This document shows, piece by piece, positions 57,875-64,000 of a DNA stretch of 64,000 bases; the stretch's first letter is position 1; every line of letters starts with the position of its first letter. The stretch lies in contig JAZOSQ010000053.1 of NCBI GenBank assembly GCA_045657245.1, forward strand, positions 3,449-67,448, read 5' to 3'. The notes beneath the pieces are model-generated. The model was not told the DNA's origin. It was given only the letters and a program-made list of their open reading frames with translations, and ran no database searches. The position numbers were made by a program, and so were the translations under genes. This DNA comes from Eubacteriales bacterium. GTDB taxonomy: Bacteria; Bacillota; Clostridia; Oscillospirales; CAG-382.

Positions 57875-58783
57875 ATGCTTGGTTGTGAAAACACTATTCT
57901 TATCTCACAACTGAATAACTTTTATGATTATTTGAAGAATGTTAAGAAGTCTTCCGATAATACATTACAGGCGTACAGACGTGATCTAGAAAAGTTCGTT
58001 GATTATGCAGCTGTTATTAATGTCGTTAATTTTTCCGATGTTGACATCGATTGTGTTAATGAATTTAAGGTCTATTTGACGAAAAAAGGGTTGTCGGCAT
58101 CCTCTGTGAGCCGTACGCTTTCTTCGATGAGGAGCTTGTATCAATTTTTGATAGCTGAGGGTATATGTGATGTAAACCCTGCTAAAGCTGTTCATAACGA
58201 CAAGAACGAGAAGAAAGAAATGGTAGTATTGACTTCAAAAGAGGTCGAAACTATTCTTTCGCAGCCTGACACGTCGGATATAAAAGGGATGCGTGATAAA
58301 GCGATGCTTGAGGTACTTTATGCGACGGGTATTAAAGTATCAGAGCTTATCGGTCTTAATATTGAAGATTTCAACGCTCAACTTTCGTTTATACGTTGCG
58401 GTACAGGGGATAAGGAACGTTTCATACCGATTTATCCTATTGCTGCAAAAGCTGTATCGGTATATCTCGAAAAGGCGAGAAAGCTTTTCGTGACGAACAC
58501 TAACGAAAGATCGCTTTTCGTTAACGTAACCGGTGATAGAATGACTCGTCAAGGTTTTTGGAAAATATTGAAAGCCTACGTTAAGACTGCAGGAATCAAA
58601 AAAACAATTACACCTCATACGTTACGTCATTCTTTTGCAGCTCATTTGCTTGAAAACGGTGCGGACATTCATGATATCCAAACGATACTCGGTCATACCG
58701 ATATCGCATCCACACAACGTTATGCGCAGTTCCTCAAGGATAAAATGAAAAACAGTTATATTAAATTTCATCCACGAGCATAG
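57875..58783 (+). CDS. xerD: site-specific tyrosine recombinase XerD/XerC
   Basis: An N-terminal SAM-like domain and C-terminal R..HxxR..Y residues (LRHSFA, HTDIASTQRY). Confidence 0.85.
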   Translation: MLGCENTILISQLNNFYDYLKNVKKSSDNTLQAYRRDLEKFVDYAAVINVVNFSDVDIDCVNEFKVYLTKKGLSASSVSRTLSSMRSLYQFLIAEGICDVNPAKAVHNDKNEKKEMVVLTSKEVETILSQPDTSDIKGMRDKAMLEVLYATGIKVSELIGLNIEDFNAQLSFIRCGTGDKERFIPIYPIAAKAVSVYLEKARKLFVTNTNERSLFVNVTGDRMTRQGFWKILKAYVKTAGIKKTITPHTLRHSFAAHLLENGADIHDIQTILGHTDIASTQRYAQFLKDKMKNSYIKFHPRA

Positions 58784-58806
58784 AAAACAAAAATTAAGGT
58801 ATTAAA

Positions 58807-59799
58807 ATGGGAAAAATATATAATTTCTTTTCTGGTAGCAACAAGCCGGGGAAGGGCGTTACAAAAAAGCAGGTCGAATTTGATAAAAAACTTGGGTTTG
58901 GTTTCTTTTTTAGATTATTGAAAATGCGCTTGGGCAAATTTTCTGGATCAAACTTAATTTTTGCACTCTGCAACATAGTGATTTTCGTTGCGCTTATAGG
59001 TTTGACGGGGATGCTTGATGGAGAAACAGCAACCGCAGCTAACCCTCTGTACGCGCAAATTACGGCAATTTCGAAGAACGATTCGGGCCCATCCGTAGCA
59101 TCGCTCATGTCTGTTTATGGCGCATCTACAAGCCTTCGTGTTATATCAGAAACTTCAAGAATATTAATGTATAGCGTTGTTTTACTTGTATTCACATTTG
59201 GTGTTTCTACAATTGGTCTTGTATACAATATGAGAAACGTTTGTACAGGCGAACACGTTGATACATGGCACGACTATTTTTATGCAATTAAGAAAAACAT
59301 AAAGCAGGGAATAGTCGTCGGCATTTTAGACGTCTTGATAATTTTCTTGCTGATTTATGACATTATCGCATACGGTGTCGAAGCAAATAATGAATTCATC
59401 TTTTTGGTCTTTTATTATGCATCGATCTTATTTGCTGTTATGTATTATATAATGCGTTTTTATATTTACATTCAGCTCGTAACTTGCAAAATGTCGATCG
59501 GTAAGATGATAAAGAATTCGTTCTTGTTGACAGCATTGGGTATTAAGAGAAATCTCGCCGGTTTATTTGGTGCAATTGTGTTTGTAATACTCTTTATGTA
59601 CGCATATATAATTTTACCGCAGTTCTCAATTATCTTGCTTTGTATGTTTGCGTTTTCGTTTTTGACTTACATTGGTGTGTATTGCGCATATCCTGTGGTT
59701 AAAAGATACGTTATTGATCCGTATTACGAAGATCATCCCGACGAACGCCCCGAAGATCCATGGGCTACAAGCGAAAGAGTTTTTGTTGACAGAGGATAA
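58807..59799 (+). CDS. YesL/DUF624-like polytopic membrane protein
   Basis: The N-terminal FFRLLKMRLGKFSGSNLIFALCNIVIF pattern and the multi-TM layout resemble DUF624, as recalled from memory. Confidence 0.4.
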   Translation: MGKIYNFFSGSNKPGKGVTKKQVEFDKKLGFGFFFRLLKMRLGKFSGSNLIFALCNIVIFVALIGLTGMLDGETATAANPLYAQITAISKNDSGPSVASLMSVYGASTSLRVISETSRILMYSVVLLVFTFGVSTIGLVYNMRNVCTGEHVDTWHDYFYAIKKNIKQGIVVGILDVLIIFLLIYDIIAYGVEANNEFIFLVFYYASILFAVMYYIMRFYIYIQLVTCKMSIGKMIKNSFLLTALGIKRNLAGLFGAIVFVILFMYAYIILPQFSIILLCMFAFSFLTYIGVYCAYPVVKRYVIDPYYEDHPDERPEDPWATSERVFVDRG

Positions 59800-59805
59800 A
59801 AAATT

Positions 59806-59836
59806 AAAGCCGACACGTGATGTCGGCTTTTTTATA
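59806..59836 (+). terminator. rho-independent terminator
   Basis: Stem aaagccgaca/tgtcggcttt followed by a T run. Confidence 0.8.
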
Positions 59837-59926
59837 TAATAGGGTAGATTAATTGATATCCACTTTCCTATTTGCTCTATTGTATAAAATAAAGATTTTC
59901 TATAATATAGGGAAATGATAAACATG

Positions 59927-59953
59927 AAAAAACGCCCGTAATGAGCGTTTTTT
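59927..59953 (-). terminator. rho-independent terminator after the GME-fold-like gene
   Basis: Stem aaaaaacgc/gcgtttttt. On the minus strand the hairpin is followed by TTTTTTC. Confidence 0.65.
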
Positions 59954-59957
59954 CTTA

Positions 59958-60761
59958 TTATACAAGATGTAAATCGAAATTACAGACTTCGGAAATACAT
60001 ATTTCTTCTTTTGGAACATATTCGGTTATCGGAAGCAATCCGCCGTAATCATACATTCTTTCATTTGTAATTGAATATGCATCTATTTTATAGTTAGCGC
60101 AAAAAGATCGTATATCATCGCCGTATTTAAACTTATTTAAATCACCTGTAAATGCAATCAAATCTTTTGCGATCTTAAAACCACAACCACCTATAAGACC
60201 ATGACTCATTCCTTTTAATCCAATTTCGCTTGAATCTTCTATAGTCAGCACATCAAATCCATTCTTTCTTAAAGCTCTTCCTATATAGTAATCTGACGTA
60301 ATTACAGCGTTCTCGTTTACTAATACGCAACAACATTTTGTATAATTCTGTTCAACGTATATAATCGGTAAATCCTCATATTTTGCATAAGCCTTTATGA
60401 GATAATCAGCGCTCTTACCACAGATTAATTTACCATTTAAACGAAAATTATTAAATGGACAATCGAATGGATAACTGTCCGATAATTCGGTCTCGGATTC
60501 GGTAAAAAACGACGATTTAATTTCTAAAGGAAGATATTTCGGATCGTTCTCGCAAAGCCACATACCTTTACGGAAATTGTTCAGTAAAATATCAGGATGA
60601 TAAGCGATTTCGCTTGAGATATTATCTGTTTTTCCGAGTTTATACGGTATTACACACATATCTTTGAGTTCGTTGATTATTGAATCAGGAAGTAAACGTG
60701 AAACAAAAGCTCTTGCTACCCTTGATTTCACTATATTAGGTTCACAAAATCTTTCTGCCAT
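59958..60761 (-). CDS. hypothetical protein, possibly DUF6873-type guanidino-modifying-enzyme (GME) fold
   Basis: 267 aa. The pattern AYHPDILL ... VITSDYYIGRALRKNGFDVLTI ... GLIGGCGF resembles that family as recalled. Not verified. Confidence 0.4.
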   Translation of the reverse strand: MAERFCEPNIVKSRVARAFVSRLLPDSIINELKDMCVIPYKLGKTDNISSEIAYHPDILLNNFRKGMWLCENDPKYLPLEIKSSFFTESETELSDSYPFDCPFNNFRLNGKLICGKSADYLIKAYAKYEDLPIIYVEQNYTKCCCVLVNENAVITSDYYIGRALRKNGFDVLTIEDSSEIGLKGMSHGLIGGCGFKIAKDLIAFTGDLNKFKYGDDIRSFCANYKIDAYSITNERMYDYGGLLPITEYVPKEEICISEVCNFDLHLV

Positions 60762-60797
60762 ACTACCCTCGTAATTATGAATAAAATATGAACGTTG

Positions 60798-62165
60798 CTA
60801 ATCAATCAGCTTTATTAAGTCAAAAACACTTCTTAAAGGTATAATTTCGACGTCTTTGATATGAGAAACACTTTTTAGTGATCGATACGGAATAGCAATC
60901 TTTCTAAAACCAAGTCTTACCGCTTCATTAACACGTTGAATCGTATTTGTAACTGAACGACACTCGCCTGCAAGGCCAATTTCTCCAAAAACAATCAAAT
61001 CGTCAGGTATAGGCGTATTTTTGTATGTAGAAATCATTGCCAAAGCACACGCTGTGTCACACGCGGGCTCAAGCAAACGCATACCTGCAGCTACATTAAC
61101 ATATACATCTTGTGTAGAGAACCTCATACCCAAACGTTTTTCTAATACCGCAAGAAGTAAAGCTGTCCGGTTATAATCAATACCAGAAGACATTCTGCGC
61201 GGTGACGGATACACCGTTTGGGTTACAAGACATTGTACTTCCGCTATAATCGGACGTGAACCCTCCATAACACAAACAGGACAGTTACCGGGAACACCTT
61301 TCGGACGTTGTGAAAGAAGCATTTCTGACGGCTTTTCAATCTCATTCAAACCATCGTCGTTCATTTCAAAAACACCAATTTCGTTGGTAGAACCATATCT
61401 ATTCTTTTCTGCACGAACGATTCTATATGCGTGCTGTTTATCGCCTTCAAAATACAAAACTGCGTCTACCATGTGTTCAAGAACTTTCGGACCAGCAATA
61501 GATCCTTCCTTATTAACATGGCCAACCAAAAGCATTGATACGTTATCTTCTTTTGCTTTGTTTATGAGCCTTAATGCACACTGCCGAACCTGCGTGACAC
61601 TACCTTGTGAAGATGGATAATCTTCGTCGTACATGGTTTGTATCGAGTCAATAATTACAACCTCGGGTTGTAAAACATTGATTTCCGCAATTATATTATT
61701 AATATTGTTTTCGCTCAAAATATAAACTTCGTCGTGCTCAACACCAAGTCTCCGACAACGAATTTTTATTTGTGCTGATGATTCTTCTCCTGTGACATAA
61801 AGAATTTTACCAGAATCACCGACTTTGCGACATATTTGTAAAAGTAGGGTGGACTTCCCTATTCCGGGTTCGCCGGAAATCAAGACGACCGATCCAGACA
61901 CCAAACCGCCACCAAGAACTCTATCAAATTCGCCAATACCAGTTCCAATTCTTTCTTTTTCAAGAAAAGAAATCTCTTTTATGCGCACAGCTTTGGGTTT
62001 ATCGGTAACTATAGCGTTATTATTTCTCGTTTTTTTAGATTTGGAAGTTTGGGCGGGTATATCTTCACGTTCGGAAAAAGTGTTCCATTCAGAACATTGT
62101 GGGCATTTTCCATACCATTTCGAAGCTACATATCCGCAATTTTCACAAATAAATTCGGTTTTCAT
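60798..62165 (-). CDS. radA: DNA repair protein RadA
   Basis: C4 zinc finger (CENCGY...CPQC), GEPGIGKST, a KNRYG motif and a Lon-like C-terminal domain. Confidence 0.95.
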   Translation of the reverse strand: MKTEFICENCGYVASKWYGKCPQCSEWNTFSEREDIPAQTSKSKKTRNNNAIVTDKPKAVRIKEISFLEKERIGTGIGEFDRVLGGGLVSGSVVLISGEPGIGKSTLLLQICRKVGDSGKILYVTGEESSAQIKIRCRRLGVEHDEVYILSENNINNIIAEINVLQPEVVIIDSIQTMYDEDYPSSQGSVTQVRQCALRLINKAKEDNVSMLLVGHVNKEGSIAGPKVLEHMVDAVLYFEGDKQHAYRIVRAEKNRYGSTNEIGVFEMNDDGLNEIEKPSEMLLSQRPKGVPGNCPVCVMEGSRPIIAEVQCLVTQTVYPSPRRMSSGIDYNRTALLLAVLEKRLGMRFSTQDVYVNVAAGMRLLEPACDTACALAMISTYKNTPIPDDLIVFGEIGLAGECRSVTNTIQRVNEAVRLGFRKIAIPYRSLKSVSHIKDVEIIPLRSVFDLIKLID

Positions 62166-62168
62166 CTT

Positions 62169-62906
62169 TTAATTCTCCAAATATTCAGCAATACCACAAT
62201 GAATTGAAAGAGCAAGTATTTTTTGATAATCTTCGTCTATTAGAAGATTTGCTTCCTGCGGGTTTGAAATGAATCCGCATTCAACCAACACTGCAGGCGT
62301 TTTAAGTTTTTCGAGCAAATAAATTGTTTTATTACCTGATTTAATCACTCTTTTGTTGTTGGGCTGTAAGAATTTTATATTCTCTTGAAGATAAGACGCG
62401 ATTATTTTGCTCTCGGGATTGTTTTCGGAATAGAATGTTTGTAAACCTTTGCAATATGATAATGCGAATTTGTTCATATGTATACTTATAAAAATTGAAT
62501 CTTCGTGAGTATTCGCAATCGCTTCCCTATTGCGCAAATCATAATATTTCTTTCTATTTTCTTCTCCTCGATTATAAAGAAGTCTGTCATCAATGCGCGT
62601 CATTTTGGTAGTATAGCCAGCCCCAATGAGAAAATTATTCAACTTAATAGATACATCAAGGTTCAAATCTTTTTCAATAATTTCGTTTACGGATGCTCCC
62701 GGATCTTCTCCTCCGTGACCGGGATCGATTACTATTGTTTTTCTTATAGAAAAAGCGTTGGCATTTGATTCTTTTGAATCGTCGCAATGTTTATAACCCA
62801 TAGAAACGAACATCGAAACGATAAAATAAAAAACTATCGAAAACGCCAAAATCGCTGTCAAAACATAAAATCCGATACGTGTCTCTCTAAAAATGTTAGA
62901 ACGCAT
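62169..62906 (-). CDS. cwlD: N-acetylmuramoyl-L-alanine amidase, CwlD-like
   Basis: An N-terminal TM helix plus an Amidase_3 domain (VIDPGHGGEDPGA, ISIHMN, ECGFISN). CwlD-like size. Confidence 0.7.
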   Translation of the reverse strand: MRSNIFRETRIGFYVLTAILAFSIVFYFIVSMFVSMGYKHCDDSKESNANAFSIRKTIVIDPGHGGEDPGASVNEIIEKDLNLDVSIKLNNFLIGAGYTTKMTRIDDRLLYNRGEENRKKYYDLRNREAIANTHEDSIFISIHMNKFALSYCKGLQTFYSENNPESKIIASYLQENIKFLQPNNKRVIKSGNKTIYLLEKLKTPAVLVECGFISNPQEANLLIDEDYQKILALSIHCGIAEYLEN

Positions 62907-62958
62907 AATAACCTCACAAAGAAATTTGTAAGATTATATGCGATCTAACAAAACAGTA

Positions 62959-63564
62959 TTACTTATCTTCTTTGTTTTTGGGCTTTCTTTCCATAGGACC
63001 GTCATAGGGCGGTTTTACCTTAAATCCCATCATGCCACGTATTGTTTTGTCCTTAATGCCAATCATATAGCCTAAGGTGCTCGAAACGATTGCAGGAAGT
63101 AATGTTATTAAAACATATCCTGTAACACCTACAGCCTCTCTTAATCTATAAAGACAAAGGAAGCTTCCCTGACAGAAGTAATAAATCAATAAAGCTATAG
63201 GAGATGCATTATCGACTCCACTTGCCGTCAAATCAATAATAATCGCAGCAAAACCAACAATTATAACAGGAGAATATGCAATAAGGGTTAAATATAAACC
63301 TTTACTATATTTACGTTCCCCGCCTTCTGATCGAATACGTATTCCTTCTTTAACAGCATAGAAATACATATCATCATAATGCATAAAACACATATAACCA
63401 ATGGTAAAGATACTGCCGATAATGGCGATAGAACTCATACTATCCGAAGCGTTTTCAAAGGATAATATCGAAAGCCCAACCATAATGCCTAAAACAGACA
63501 TTACTAGATGTGTTACCAAGAATTTAACAATAATATCAACATTTTCGCGAATGAATTTAAGCAT
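62959..63564 (-). CDS. hypothetical polytopic membrane protein
   Basis: A roughly 200-aa protein with about five TM helices. Its ATG overlaps the stop of the upstream gene (ATGCTTAA). Confidence 0.45.
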   Translation of the reverse strand: MLKFIRENVDIIVKFLVTHLVMSVLGIMVGLSILSFENASDSMSSIAIIGSIFTIGYMCFMHYDDMYFYAVKEGIRIRSEGGERKYSKGLYLTLIAYSPVIIVGFAAIIIDLTASGVDNASPIALLIYYFCQGSFLCLYRLREAVGVTGYVLITLLPAIVSSTLGYMIGIKDKTIRGMMGFKVKPPYDGPMERKPKNKEDK

Positions 63565-64000
63565 TGGTATCAACCTTCTTTGATTTACGAACAAACAAAA
63601 CTATAGCAAATGCAATAGACGCAACAGCAACAAGAGAAACAACTATCCAGATGATGGTTTTAGTCATATCTGTATTGTCGTCACCGTTGTCTGCCTCTGT
63701 ATTCGATTCTATATCCTTGCCCTCATCGGAATTTTCATAGCCGTCAACAGAATTATTAATTTCGGGCATTACTACAATACCTTCACCTTGTGAATTGGAT
63801 TCTTCTCCGGGAACATGATTAGATGTATCGGAGACATCGTTTGAATTATCAACAACCGTCGATTCGTCAGGTTCACTCGATTCAGAACTTGTAGATCCAG
63901 AAGGTGTCTGCGAGTTTGTAGATTCTCCCGATTGACCAGAACCGTTTCCATTGGGAACAGTCGGAACTTCCGGAGTCAAGGGAACGTCAGGAGTTTCGGG
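63557..64000 (-). CDS. hypothetical protein with a Pro/Thr/Ser/Glu-rich low-complexity region and a C-terminal TM anchor; the 5' end lies outside the window
   Basis: The frame is open to the window edge (…PETPDVPLTPEVPTVPNGNG…). The C-terminus is IIWIVVSLVAVASIAFAIVLFVRKSKK. Confidence 0.4.
   Translation of the reverse strand, partial: PETPDVPLTPEVPTVPNGNGSGQSGESTNSQTPSGSTSSESSEPDESTVVDNSNDVSDTSNHVPGEESNSQGEGIVVMPEINNSVDGYENSDEGKDIESNTEADNGDDNTDMTKTIIWIVVSLVAVASIAFAIVLFVRKSKKVDTNA

Noticed and set aside
57875-58783. The tyrosine recombinase as the integrase of a mobile element.
   Set aside because: The sequence and size fit chromosomal XerD/XerC. The neighbours are housekeeping genes (proC, radA). 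No att-like repeats, phage genes or transposon genes flank it.
1-64000. A search by eye for rRNA, tRNA, tmRNA, CRISPR arrays, IS elements and prophage genes.
   Set aside because: Nothing with the expected signatures was found: no cloverleaf-sized conserved blocks, regular repeat-spacer units, terminal inverted repeats with transposase, or phage structural genes. A tRNAscan/Infernal/ISfinder run would be needed to exclude them formally.

Overview
This 64 kb window looks like densely packed core chromosome from an AT-rich, endospore-forming Firmicute, probably Clostridia-like. That assignment is inferred from gene content such as yunB, cwlD, gdpP-rplI-dnaB, SRP RNA-dnaX-ybaB-recR and lon-engB. 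I support about 60 protein genes. They cover replication and repair (dnaB, dnaX, recR, radA, xerD, a type IIA topoisomerase pair), translation (trpS, tilS, rplI, rpmB, typA, trmB, an rlu gene, engB), cell wall (murC, murE, dapF, lysA, cwlD), proteolysis (ftsH, lon), carbon control (hprK, glk) and a Na+-pumping oxaloacetate-decarboxylase-type operon. There is one large Bacillus-type SRP RNA. I saw no rRNA, tRNA, CRISPR array, IS element or prophage. The observations most worth follow-up are: (1) an ermC/cat-style four-segment translational attenuator with a 10-codon leader ORF in front of an ABC exporter that has atypical codon usage, in a small insert between typA and yihY; (2) a tight operon of a GGGtGRT protein, a NifU-like protein and PduL, two of which have no known function; (3) an A9 run in dnaX at the point where other bacteria recode to make a short gamma subunit, with both alternative frames closing almost immediately; (4) an unusual decarboxylase operon with an OadG-biotinyl fusion, a second near-identical biotin carrier and an alpha subunit that lacks its own biotin domain; (5) a DHHW-family protein whose name-giving motif reads DRNW. 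All functional calls come from reading the translations and from family motifs recalled from memory. No database search was run.
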